From Octopus sinensis (taxonomy: Eukaryota), in NCBI RefSeq assembly GCF_006345805.1, contig NC_042997.1, forward strand, positions 149,854,001 through 149,918,000: DNA of 64,000 nucleotides, written 5' to 3'. Below are positions 41,091-53,560 of this stretch, in pieces. The notes below the pieces were generated by a model. The model did not search any database, was not told the origin of the DNA, and worked only from the letters and a program-made list of their open reading frames with translations. A program made the position numbers and the translations under genes. Position 1 is the stretch's first letter. Each line of letters opens with the position of its first letter.

Positions 41091-42272
41091 AAAAGATTAA
41101 CGTAACCGTTAAGCAGAGTTGGTATAAGACATAGTGGGCAATGCTGGCTCTTTGAATCACTGATAGACTTCCTGTGAGGAGCTTCTACAGTTTTCTAGGT
41201 TCATGCCCAAGTTATAGCTCGACCTGAATTAAAAGAAACTTGATAAGCATTCCTCGTAGTGGGATCGGATTGGAAAATCGATGATCCGATTTCAGTCTCA
41301 CCGCCATTAATTTTGCTACACTTTTATTACTCAAAACCTCATTTGATATGTAGAACTTGGTGAATGAGGGAATTTGGGTTTGCTTCCCGCATTTGTGTTT
41401 TCTGCCGTGAGGTAGATTCATCCGGGACATCTTGACAAGGGGACATCCAGTTTTGTTTTGTAATGAGAATATTTGACAAGCGAACTACTTGATTGAAACG
41501 CGAAATTCTCAACCGCTCGACTGTTCCAGGTTCATTAAGGCGTATAACATCTGTAGTTGAATCCTCTCCCTAACCAAAGGGGAAAAAAGAGAAACAAGAA
41601 CCTTATTTAAAGTATCGTCAGACTGATGCTGAAACTGTGTACAGCAAGTAATACCATTAATAATAGTTTCTCTAAAAGAAGCCAGTTACTCTTTATCCCA
41701 TTTACTTCTCAAAATACATTTAGTAATATATTTCAGTGAGGTCAGCCAGTAGAATTGAAAGTCTTTCGAAGTTTCCTAGCAATACCGATTCAGCAATTCA
41801 CAGCTAATAATACATGGAGGAATCTGATCGTGTGTTTATTTGTATAGACACACACACATAAAAAGTCAAACACACGCACACACATACACATACACGCACA
41901 CACACGCACACACACGCATACACACACACACACACTCACTCACACACACATATATATCCTTCCAATCATACATACTTCATTCATACGTGTACTATTGCAC
42001 CATCACCTTTTCAACATAATATCATTTGATATATGTTGACTGTCAGAACTTGTTGTTTGTCACCACAGAATAAAATACAATAAAATATTTATATTACATG
42101 CCAATAATTGTATCTAAAAATTTACAGCTGCATGTATTTTATTCCAATACTTTCTATTATTTTTATACTTATTTGTAACATAATATCTTATATTACGCTT
42201 CTGTTCTTTCTATTTTATTCCGCAATAATTATTTAGCTTTGTATGCATTGTATATTGTGTGTACATATATAA

Positions 42273-42308
<36 letters not shown>

Positions 42309-42337
42309 AATACACGTATATAAATATATATATATAC

Positions 42338-42473
<136 letters not shown>

Positions 42474-42737
42474 GTATGTGTGTATGCGTGATTGTGTTTG
42501 TCACTCTGTTGATAGAGATAGTTATGGATTTATATAAACAAGCCTGAATTTGAATGATACTGGTTTTAGTTTCATATATGCGTTCTAGTCGTGGCTCTCC
42601 ACTACAGCCTATTTCAGCAACAATACATTCAATATGGGTAATATTTAGCAGCTCTATCTTGAAAATGGAGTAAATGCATAGTGTCTATCACATTTTCTGC
42701 AGCATATTATTTTTCCTGAATTCATGTATCTTTTATA

Positions 42738-42960
42738 TTTTACATGTTTCGGTCATTAGACTGCGATTGTGCCGGGACGCCACTTTGTAGTGATCATTCA
42801 GTCGAAGAAATCGACCACAAGACTTATTCTCTTTAAGCCTGGTACTAATTTTATCGTGTCTATTGCCGAAACGTTAAGTTACATGGGCATAAACACACCA
42901 ACATCGGTTGTCATGCAGCGGTGGGCGGATAAGCACAAACACACACACACACACACAAAC
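42738..42960 (-). mobile_element. 3' part of SINE family B
   Basis: Matches 3343-3545 (AAATCGACC..CTTATTCT..GGTACT..GCCGAA..TAAGTTAC..AAACACACCA.CATCGGTT). Confidence 0.75.
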
Positions 42961-43169
42961 TCTGCTTTATATATATATAGATTATTGCGTGTGAACTGAT
43001 TATGTAAGCGCATTCTATTCTTTTGATGGACAAGGAAACGTATCCCGTGATGAACCATTTTATTGCTTGTTGACCGTTCCTCAGAGAAGACATACTCAGT
43101 TTCTTCCATAGTTTGTAGTATAAAATATTCAAATAGTTACAAAACACCAACGTAGCATCGAAGCAGATA

Positions 43170-43725
43170 GTTTTTCTGCTTTTCTTTTTCCTCTCTGTAC
43201 TTGATATTTAAAGCAAACGGTACAGGAACACAGGCCGGCTAAATATCGCAAGAGGGATCTCTCTAAAATCTGTTTCCTGAAGAACTCCACTTCAATGACC
43301 CTAAGTCCGCCGACTGTAAGGCTATCTTCAGGGTATGGCTCAACAATTGTTTGGCCCATTCAAGATATTTCCTACGCAAACACTTATCAACGAGGTGGTC
43401 AAAGGCGTTACAACAGCTCTGCACCTAACAAACAACCCCATTCGTGACTAACATATGCTTATGTACATGCCTGGTATACCAAATAAGATTCTCCAAATGC
43501 GGCAACCACTACATCAGTAGCACATCATGACCACTCCACATCCGAATTAAGATGTGTCTTACCAGCGACGCATCCTCCTTCTGCAAATACCTGACCATAT
43601 GTAGCAACACCACGAAGGAGATAGACGCCTCCATACTAGGCACTGAGAATAACACTGGCAATTTATTTCTAAAAGACGCTCTGCTGATCCACTTCTTGAA
43701 ACCAAAAATTAACTGTCAATCATAG
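43170..43725 (+). pseudogene. Decayed Penelope/Poseidon-type GIY-YIG endonuclease fragment
   Basis: Frame from 43453 reads ICLCTCLVYQIRFSKCGNHYISSTS*PLHIRI...KDALLIHFLKPKINCQS*, matching the VY.I.C..C...YIG.T.R.L..R / EALLI...P.IN pattern. Confidence 0.7.
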
Positions 43726-44149
43726 TTGAGCCGGTGGTTCCTATAACAGCAAACCTACAGATGGTGAATGGCTTACAACAGTAGCCGAGGTTTGTTTACA
43801 CCAACAGTCGGACAGCCGACAACACTTAAAGGGTGACTTCCACTGCTGCTACTGATATTACGCCGTCATACTACAAATGGTGAGTAGTTTATGATAACAG
43901 CTGGATGTTTGTCTTTTGTTTACACCAATGTGTGGGACGTCGATTACACCTACGTTTGGAGTGCGACTGCTGCCGTTACATAAACGCTGGAGAGTTTGAA
44001 TGGATTAACGGATTATACATAACTGGACTTTTCTTAGATTGTACTTTACTTCTATGCCTTTGAGAGCATGAAATATAAAGGTTTTATTAAACTTTCCGTA
44101 TTGTCAAAAGCTGTCTGTCTTCACTCTTTTTACATTCTTCGATATTACA

Positions 44150-44985
44150 ATGAGAATGACAACCCCATGACTGACCGAGTGTAGGGAGTCGAGAATCAGA
44201 CAAACCCAGTAAAAACGGAAATGACCTTGGATATGAATACGGTTATTCCTTCGAACAGCGAACCTAGTGCAAACAACTTTGGATGTAAGCTGTGCTGTAG
44301 GACCTTTGCAACCGAGAGAAGCTTGAAGATACATCGGGGAAAGGCTTGTAAGAAGAGGACAGATCAGTGTAGATAATCTGATCATAAAACACGTTGCAAA
44401 TCATCCCCGGACTCAAACCACAGCGGATCGATAATTGCTATAGCAACGACCTCTTCTCGTCAGGAAACTGAAGGTTATGAAACACGTGCATTAGATAGTA
44501 CTCGGAGGAAACCGTTGGTTTTGTGGCCTGCTGCTAATGAGAAAGGAAATTATAAAGAGTTTGAAAACAAGGTATGTCGAGCTCTTTATAAAATGACTGG
44601 GTCTACAGTGGAGAAACTGGGAAAGTTAACAAGTTCAATATACGATACAGGAAAAGAATTACGCTGCGTGAGATGACTGTTGTTATCGATAGGCCTAGCT
44701 CATCGTTAAGTAAATATCCTCATGACCCATATCCAGACTACAGTGGAAAAGGTTAACCACTGGATTTGGGTAAAAAGAGACGATGAGCTTATTTGGTAAC
44801 CAGTTGATCTAGCAAGCGGGGTTTTATATCAGTGAGTGTGTATAGGAGGTACAGTACGCATTGATGCCGTCGAGAGGTAGGTCTCGAAATGGCGCACATT
44901 CTCTCCTGATGATCCCATACACTTGCTGGCTTCCGGTATGCGGAGCTTTCGACTGGTAGCACTTGAATATGCAAAACAAAAATTC
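44150..44985 (+). mobile_element. Internally deleted HERO-like (RLE-type non-LTR) element
   Basis: One frame joins an N-terminal zinc finger CKLCCRTF....LKIHRGKAC and the motif LWPAANEK..YKEFE to a C-terminal IQTTVEKVNHWIWVKRDD..W*; RT and endonuclease absent; several stops. Confidence 0.65.
44830..44928 (+). ncRNA. Rearranged (pseudoknotted) hammerhead-like motif in the 3' UTR
   Basis: GTC at 44869-71, GAAA at 44886-89 and CTGATGA at 44906-12, with stem I, II and III pairings adjacent to these motifs but in non-canonical order. Confidence 0.5.
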
Positions 44986-46219
44986 TTCATTCAATCTACA
45001 ACTCATATATATATAAAACGAAGGTAGTTATAAATAATATAAAAACGAAGGAAGAATTCAATTGTCGCAAAATGTAACTGACAGAGCAGGATATCACCTA
45101 CATTGTTAGAAATAAGATGTATAAAGCCATTTAACTGCAAAGAAGGACAAGTCTATGTACTGACAGGGGAGTTAACCGCCCCACAACGAATGAGATCATC
45201 AAGATTCACTTGAAATTAAAGCTCTTCAGTGATAGCTACTCTATTGCTGAATGGTTTGGTAAAATCCCGGCTGTCGGTGTATCGTATTTATATGAATCAA
45301 TGGCTGATTGGGCAAAATGGTAATGTGAAAACTGTAAATAAAGGCGGCTATACGCAATATAAAATCAAAAAGGAATAATTGAATTGTCACTAATTGCGAC
45401 TGACGCTGCAAAAATAAGAGGTAAAAAGCTTCTTAGACGCAAAGAACCACACTTCTATGTACAGACAGAGGTAATAATATATGTAAAAGAAACTGCGATA
45501 TACACACATTTTTACCATTTTATTCCCTACGTATGTTTTCCCATTATGGTTATCTGTAATATCTGCAATCGAAGTAGGAAGGTCAGTTTAAAGCTCAGCA
45601 ACAGCATCTCACTAGAGGATCACTTTATTTCATTAAGTTACAGAGATCAAATGCCTCCGATTTAATCTTTGCAACATAATACAATGTAGTACTACTCTGG
45701 TAATCTGTTTCAGCACTGATTTGCACTTTGAACGTCCAATGCAGAAATTGGCGCTAACATCGATGGAGAAACGTACGGAGGGAAAAAATAGTAAAAACTA
45801 GTGCGAATTGTAAATTGTGCTACATTTCCTCTGTATATTATGCTCATTAATTCTAATTAGTACGGTAATAATCACGCCATTGTACGAGAAGTAGACTGGA
45901 TGATAATAAGCTACGTGACGCTCAAGACTTAAAAGTAGCTATCGTAATCTAATTATAAAAGATCAATACTTTATAAAATATATATACATATATATTATAT
46001 CGGAGCGATTGCAGCCCTACAGTATATGTTAGGTGCTTTGTAACAGCATTAGAACGTTTTAGCGCCTATTTCTAGCAATGTAGGTGTTATTCACACCCTT
46101 AGTCACGTTTACTTGGCGACTATAATTTTCTTTTACGGTATAATATTGCAAATAGCTGTTTTTATTAACTTTTTGCATACTCATTAGCGATCTGCTAAAT
46201 TATCCATTCATTTTAATGA

Positions 46220-46293
<74 letters not shown>

Positions 46294-46367
46294 TGAGAGG
46301 GAATCCACTAAAAGTGATATAAATATATATATCAGACTATATGTTTTCGCATGTATAAGTATATATA

Positions 46368-46449
<82 letters not shown>

Positions 46450-46452
46450 TAT

Positions 46453-46536
<84 letters not shown>

Positions 46537-46557
46537 TTAGATAGATAGATAGATAGG

Positions 46558-46738
46558 GAAAGTTCACGAAAAAAACAAAAGACGAAGACAGGTGGTGTAC
46601 AAAACAAACAGATGTATTAGTATAACGCTCAGAAATTGAAGAAGTCTTTTACGTTTCGAGCCTACGCTCTTCTACAGAAAGGGACACAGAAAAAACAAGG
46701 AGAGAAAAAATGTGAGTGGCTACCGATCTATCATGCCG
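46558..46738 (-). mobile_element. Penelope pseudo-LTR-like short repeat with near-intact minimal hammerhead (46646-46681)
   Basis: cttt CTGTAGA A gagc-gtag-gctc GAAACGT A aaag; 3' end abuts (ATCT)n. Confidence 0.65.
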
Positions 46739-46765
46739 ACTATATATATTCGTACATGCATTTAA

Positions 46766-46839
<74 letters not shown>

Positions 46840-47444
46840 TAGTAATGTGCATTCTTTGCCCTGTTTAGTTTACACATATATATAAATGTAAAAGAGGAAA
46901 AGAGTCACATATGCCATGATAAACCATATTCTCTGATTCTTTCTTTATAATCCTATTCTCTGCGTACATGTGTTTGTGCATGTATTAGCGTTTGCATGCT
47001 TGTGTGTGAGTGTGCTTGAGTATTTTCTTGTATGTACTACGGTTTCATATATCTATACACATGATATATAAGTATGTAAGTATTTTCATCGGAAAGAAAT
47101 TTTCTTTTACGTTAAAGCAAAGGGTTCATTTCCGTCCTGATTTTTCTTTTTACGTTTGTGTTTGTGTGTGTATGTGTTTGTGTGTGTGTGTTTGTGTGTG
47201 TGTGTTTGTGTGTGCATACTCACAATAGAAAACTGTAGCACAAAAGCTAAAGTAGGTACTTCAGAACAGTAAAATAAAAATTCTCTAAATATTAATTGAC
47301 AACACTAAAAATATATTCTTATTCTAAAAGGAAACATAATCAAAACTCTGAGCACAACAATTATATTTAACTCTCATCTCAAATCTGATGCCCTTCTGCC
47401 TGAAACAAAAATTTTATTATTACTATTATTATTAGGTGTAGTAT

Positions 47445-47448
47445 TATT

Positions 47449-47529
<81 letters not shown>

Positions 47530-47531
47530 GC

Positions 47532-47573
<42 letters not shown>

Positions 47574-47575
47574 TA
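47445..47575. repeat. (ATC)n(ATT)n(ATC)n compound microsatellite
   Basis: Direct reading. Confidence 0.95.
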
Positions 47576-47774
47576 TTGCTGCAGCAGCTATTGTTTAGGT
47601 TAATACTTATAATCCCGCTCAAGCATCGTTTCTATAATTAAAACTTTCATGTACTTCCAATGAATTCCTTTCTCCTCAAGGGTCATCTAATATTCTCGGC
47701 TTTAAACACAAACGCACTTACACACAGTGTGAGTGTATGTGTGTGTGTGTGTGTGTGTGTCAATATGTATTTTC

Positions 47775-47832
<58 letters not shown>

Positions 47833-49215
47833 ATATATGTATATATATATATGTACAAATATATATATATGTGTGCTTTTGTGTGTATGTATGCATGTTT
47901 GTATGAATGATATATAAATGTACATACACATATACAATGTATGTGTTTGCTTGTGTGTGAAAGTGTATTTTCACGCACCTATCAATGTATGCATGTATAT
48001 ACGTATGTGTGTGTGTGTCTACGCACGCTTATATATTTATGTACGCATAACGTGTACGTATGCACGTAAACATGCATATTTGTGGAGAAGTATGTATTTA
48101 TATGTGTAAACGCATTTACACAACAACAATGAGTGATCTGAATAACACTTGAAGTGGCGGAAGTGGGCAAGACCAGAGGGAATAGATATGAAATTACCAC
48201 TCGAGACTACAACCTAGCCAGTAGTGCACAGCTGAAATTTCATCATAAAAGAAAATCTAACGTACTTGAATACTAATAATTTACAATAAATTGCAGTGAG
48301 TATAAATGAACGGATGTCTGTAAGAAGGGAGCATAGTCCTCGATTTTGGAAAACACTTATTTTAGGAATATTATCGAGAGAAATTTCCAAAAACTTGAAG
48401 ATACTGAAATTTCTTACGGTGGAAGAATGCAGAAGTATTTTCATTTGTACTAAGAATAGTCGCATGATTCTTTCAAATGTTGGTCTTGTTTACCATGAGA
48501 AATCATATTTCAGTAGGCTAACTGAAGGGATTTCTGCACATAAACCCCCATACCAGCACTACTTACGTCTATTATTGAAGCTAATGGTATTTATTGCCGT
48601 GCTGAATATATATCTTGGACAAATGAATCCCTGGGTCTCTCTTGTCACTGAATGTGACCATATTAGTCCTACAAAAAGCCGATCTAGTTAAAAAGGTGGG
48701 ATCAATTATCGTAGGACGAAACTAACTTGCTTATGTTCACCTAGCCCGACGGTCATCAAGTAGGCATTGCTATACTCTATGCCCCAAGATCTGCAAAAAT
48801 ATTGCTGAATTGGAAATACATTATGGACAAAAGCACAAGTGTGCAAAAAATGTTGCTCATGACATTGACTAAATTATATACTATATAAATCTTGAAAGGT
48901 TGAAGGCCGTGTCGTGCAAGCAGGTCTTCTTAAGGCTTATTGTAAAAACGCATTAAAAAGATAATAAATCTACACACAGTTGCAAGAAGTGAGTGGCCAT
49001 GCTCGATATATGAAAGTGTATGCGTGTGTATATATTTATATATATATGTGTGTGTATGTGAGTGTGTGTGTGTATGCGTGTCTGAGTACGCATATATATA
49101 TATGTGTGTGTGTGTTTATATATATAAATATATGTGTATATATAAACATACATATTTATGCATATATACAGATTTGTATGTATGTATATATATTTATATG
49201 TATATACTTATATAT

Positions 49216-49253
<38 letters not shown>

Positions 49254-50119
49254 GTGTAAATCAAAATGTCAAGGAATGGAGTAGATAAAATCCAGGCTAT
49301 ATATATTTCATATCAAGAGGAAATGCGGAAGTGATAAATATCCAAGCGAGGTGTATACCGTAGGCTAAGTTTATCTTGATAATATGAAGTTTACTTTTTC
49401 GTAAGGAGTCCCATGTTAACACACGGAGGACTGCTTGGTAAAGGATTAGTTAAGCAAATCCTTAGAGAATAGGCAATAACCGATGTGACTTTTGTGTGTA
49501 AGAAATGTACCAAATTTTCACTTTTAAATTTACTCTTATAAACAGTAGACAGGATCAGGTTATGAGATATCCGCTCTGGATAAAATATACGTTTAAATGA
49601 TTTAAAGAAACATAACTTACAGTCTATAATAATTATACTAGTTAAAATAATGTTTGTAATAATTAATATTTATGCAAATAATACTAATAAATAAAATTAT
49701 AATGAAGACAGCAATGTTACTTGAGTTATAAACCCAAAATACATGAAATATCATTGAATAAATAATGTGCTCCATACCTTAAAACGTAAACAAAACTGCT
49801 ACAATTAACTGTAATATAGATACACATTTTAAAACTACGATTCAACTGTAATACCAGTAGAAGTAATTATAAGGCTAGGAAGCTTGTTTGAATTAGTTCA
49901 TTTTGAAAAACGTCGTGATGGGTTTTTGTTGAAATTGCAGTGACCAGGATGCATAATTGCATACAGCGTAATGTGTCGTTGCTGCAGTAGAAACATATGT
50001 TGGTCATTGTTGTATAAGTTGTAGAAAACGTTTTAAGAAAAAATGTTTGGGATATGAATAAATCTCCACCTTCCTCTTGGTTTTCGATTATATATACATT
50101 TATATATACTTATATACTT

Positions 50120-53100
50120 ATAGACAGAACCAGGAAAAAACACCAAATAACGCCAACTTGAAATATGTATCCTCTGACCAAGTGGCAAACCAAACAAGTA
50201 ACTCTTTTTTACTGACATACCTGGAAAATATGAAGGCCGACCTAAGCCAGGAGATCCAGCGAGCCATCACCAACCATCTATGCAAATCACAAGGACCACT
50301 CACCCATTACCAACTTCCCTTACCTCGACATTCCTGTTAAATGTACGTGGCATCAACCCATCAATTATTGCCCAAAAATGGAAGATCCCATATATAGAGA
50401 GTTGGCTTGCCGAAATGGCACATTGCTTCCCTTTCTTTATCCTTACCGAGACTCACCTGAACAACACCCATATGGACGCAGAGGTGAAAATAAAAGATTT
50501 CACCATTGTTCGTGCGGATCGCACAGACCGAAATAAGGGAGGGACAGCCATCTTTATCCATGACTCCTTTTCACTTGATGCCAAGGACACATTTCCCAAT
50601 GGCTACTGTGAATCGGTATCAGTATACAACAAAGCCAAGGACATAACCATTGTTGGTCTTTACAGGCCTCCCCAGGCACCTCTAGAGTACTTTGAAGAGT
50701 GCCTTAGCAAAGTCAAGTCCTTCCTTCGGAAGTACCACTCCGGAAACATAATAGTGATGGGTGATTTTAACCTCCCTCATGTGAACTGGCCCACAAATAC
50801 TCCGAAGTTAGGCAAGTGCTCTACATCAGATAGAGCAGCAGCAGAACTGCTCTTTAATCTGATGGATGAGTATTTCCTGACTCAGCTAGTGCTTGAACCA
50901 ACGAGACAGAATAAAACGATCTTGGATCTGGTACTGACCAATCACTCTAGCTACGTTCACAGCATTTCAGTCGAAAAAACTCTCCTCTCAGACCACGACA
51001 TGGTACTCTGCAATCTCAATTCCCGACGTATAAAAACCAAACCAGCCAATCCCACTCCATGGCACCCATTTGACAACATAAATTTCCACAAAGCGGACTG
51101 GGGAACAATCAGAAAGGATCTGTCTTCCATCGACTGGTCTTTTACTCTCAATTCCCCTCATATTGAGACCGCGTGGCAGCACTTTGAAACCATTGTCACC
51201 GACACATGCTCTAAACACGCTCCCAAGAAATCTACTAACACAAACAGAAACCGGCTCCCTAAAAAGAAAAAAACACTCATCAGGCGCATCAAAAGACTCA
51301 ACAAAAAAATCAACCAATTAAAATATTCCCACACGCAACATCCACATTCAACAACAATGAAAAGACTAGAGCTGGAAAAACTTCATCTGCAGACTAACAT
51401 GAAAACCTCCATTGAAAATCAAAGAGCTGTGGAGGAACAATGGGTAATCAAAAACATCAAACAGAACCCAAAAGTGTTCTATTCTTATGCAAATAAGCAT
51501 AGAACCACTGTCTCACCTATTGGGCCATTGATTGATGAAAACGGCATTCCCCAACACGATGCTAAAGAAATGGCAGAAATACTGCAGAAACAATATTGCT
51601 CTGTCTTCAGTGTTCCCACTGATATTGATGTGAGGGAAACGAACGAAGCTGACTCCCAACACAAAATCGCAGACATGACCTTCACTGCCACCGACATCGT
51701 AGCAGCAATAAATGAGGTCAAACATTACTCTGCTGTAGGCCCTGATAGATTTCCCGCCAGTCTCCTGAAGGAATGTAGATATCAACTTGCAGTCCCTCTG
51801 ACCAACCTCTGGAGAAACTCGTTAGACGCAGGTTATATACCGAAAAAGTTTCTATCCCAGTCGGTCATCCCGGTTTTCAAACAGGGAAACAGATCCCTCG
51901 CAGTCAACTATCGCCCAATCTCACTCACCTCCCACATCATTAAAGTGTTTGAAAGAGTGTTAAGATCAAGGATAGCTGATTTCCTGGAGACCCACAAACT
52001 CCTAAATTCAAATCAGCATGGCTTTCGCTGTGGCAGGGACTGTCTAACACAGCTCTTACACCACATTGAAGATGTACTCAAAGCCTTGGGAACAGGTTCG
52101 AACTCTGACGACATATACCTTGACTTCAGTAAAGCGTTCGACAGGGTAGACCATAACATCCTACTCTCAAAATTGGCAAATGTTGGAATCCGTGGAAAAG
52201 TTCTACGCTGGATTCAGTATTTCCTAGCGAATAGAACACAACATGTTGTAGTTGATGGAGTCCACTCAAACCCAGCAAAAGTCACCAGCGGTGTTCCCCA
52301 GGGAACTGTTTTGGGTCCGCTACTCTTCATAATTTATGTAAACGACCTTTCCAGTGTCGTACATCACTGCAAAGTGAAAATATTCGCTGATGACACTAAG
52401 CTCCAGCAAATCGTCAATGAAGAAGCAGACCGGACTCAACTCCAGTCTGACCTATATACTGTGAGTCAATGGGCAGACAGAAACAAAATGCAACTGAACG
52501 AGGGAAAATTTGAGCTGATGCATTTTGGAAGAAATTCCTCACTAAAACAACCATACTCTCTTCCTTCAGGGGAACCGCTCACAGCCTCTAACAATATCAG
52601 AGACTTGGGTGTAATTGTTGATGACGATCTCAGTTGGAGTGCACATATCAACAAGAAGGTCGATACAGCTCGTAGGATGAGTTCCTGGATCTTAAGAACT
52701 TTCCGGTCCAGAGAACAAGGTGTCATCATACCACTTTTTTCATCCTTTGTACGGCCACACCTTGAATACTGCTGCCCACTGTGGTCTCCTCACACAAGAC
52801 AAAACATCTCCAGAATTGAGTTACCCCAGAGGGCTCTCACTAAACAAATTGAAGGCATGGCTGCTCTCGACTATTGGGATCGCCTTAAAGCCTTGAAACT
52901 TTACTCCCTCCAGCGTCGCCGTGAGCGGTACATCATTTGTACGATGTGGAAAATATACCGCCAACTTTGCCCAAACGACCTAAACATTAGCTTCAAGGTT
53001 CATCCGAGACTTGGACCACGGGCTATGCGTCCCCTGCCAAATTCAAGATCACAACATACATGTACACTGCAACATAATTTATTTTCCTCAACAGGCCCTG

Positions 53101-53352
53101 CCCTATTTAACATTGTCCCGAGGGAGATCAAAGAGGAAAAGGATCCCATCAACTTCAAACAGAGTCTGGATAGATTCCTTCAAAGAATACCAGATAAGCC
53201 ACCCATAATTGGATACAACTCACCCAACAAGAACTCACTACTTGAACAAAACTTGACTTAAACAGGATTCGAATAATCCTATCAGGTGGTGCTATTAAGT
53301 TAGACATGGCCTGGACCAATCTCTGGTCGAAACATATCTAAGTTCTAAGTTT
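50120..53352 (+). mobile_element. CR1-group (CR1/L2/Crack-like) LINE, 5'-truncated within the putative ORF1, with complete ORF2 and 3' UTR
   Basis: Overlapping upstream frame ending at 50340; ORF2; 3' stem-loop and TCTAAGT-TCTAAGT tail; GC content visibly above the flanks. Confidence 0.9.
50280..53261 (+). CDS. LINE ORF2: apurinic-like endonuclease + reverse transcriptase, 993 aa, uninterrupted
   Basis: APE motifs LLNVRG, LTETHL, GDFN, LDLVLT, SDH; RT motifs GPD, NYRPISLTS, QHGF, YLDFSKAFD, GVPQGTVLGPLLF, FADD, LGV. Confidence 0.95.
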   Translation: MQITRTTHPLPTSLTSTFLLNVRGINPSIIAQKWKIPYIESWLAEMAHCFPFFILTETHLNNTHMDAEVKIKDFTIVRADRTDRNKGGTAIFIHDSFSLDAKDTFPNGYCESVSVYNKAKDITIVGLYRPPQAPLEYFEECLSKVKSFLRKYHSGNIIVMGDFNLPHVNWPTNTPKLGKCSTSDRAAAELLFNLMDEYFLTQLVLEPTRQNKTILDLVLTNHSSYVHSISVEKTLLSDHDMVLCNLNSRRIKTKPANPTPWHPFDNINFHKADWGTIRKDLSSIDWSFTLNSPHIETAWQHFETIVTDTCSKHAPKKSTNTNRNRLPKKKKTLIRRIKRLNKKINQLKYSHTQHPHSTTMKRLELEKLHLQTNMKTSIENQRAVEEQWVIKNIKQNPKVFYSYANKHRTTVSPIGPLIDENGIPQHDAKEMAEILQKQYCSVFSVPTDIDVRETNEADSQHKIADMTFTATDIVAAINEVKHYSAVGPDRFPASLLKECRYQLAVPLTNLWRNSLDAGYIPKKFLSQSVIPVFKQGNRSLAVNYRPISLTSHIIKVFERVLRSRIADFLETHKLLNSNQHGFRCGRDCLTQLLHHIEDVLKALGTGSNSDDIYLDFSKAFDRVDHNILLSKLANVGIRGKVLRWIQYFLANRTQHVVVDGVHSNPAKVTSGVPQGTVLGPLLFIIYVNDLSSVVHHCKVKIFADDTKLQQIVNEEADRTQLQSDLYTVSQWADRNKMQLNEGKFELMHFGRNSSLKQPYSLPSGEPLTASNNIRDLGVIVDDDLSWSAHINKKVDTARRMSSWILRTFRSREQGVIIPLFSSFVRPHLEYCCPLWSPHTRQNISRIELPQRALTKQIEGMAALDYWDRLKALKLYSLQRRRERYIICTMWKIYRQLCPNDLNISFKVHPRLGPRAMRPLPNSRSQHTCTLQHNLFSSTGPALFNIVPREIKEEKDPINFKQSLDRFLQRIPDKPPIIGYNSPNKNSLLEQNLT

Positions 53353-53512
53353 TATCTATATATTAGAGAATAATAAAAACTGCAAGTAGAAGTGTGTGAG
53401 AACAATCATTACTTTCTAGGTATTGCTGAAACAGAAAGTGCATATTAAAGGTGAGGCTGTCGGAGTGTGAAAATACTTGAAATCGTGAAATACCAAAGGA
53501 ACCACTGAATAA

Positions 53513-53560
<48 letters not shown>

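Noticed and set aside
53300-53340. Stem-loop followed by GAAAC in the LINE 3' UTR as a possible hammerhead
   Set aside because: No CUGANGA nearby; better explained as the LINE 3' recognition stem-loop
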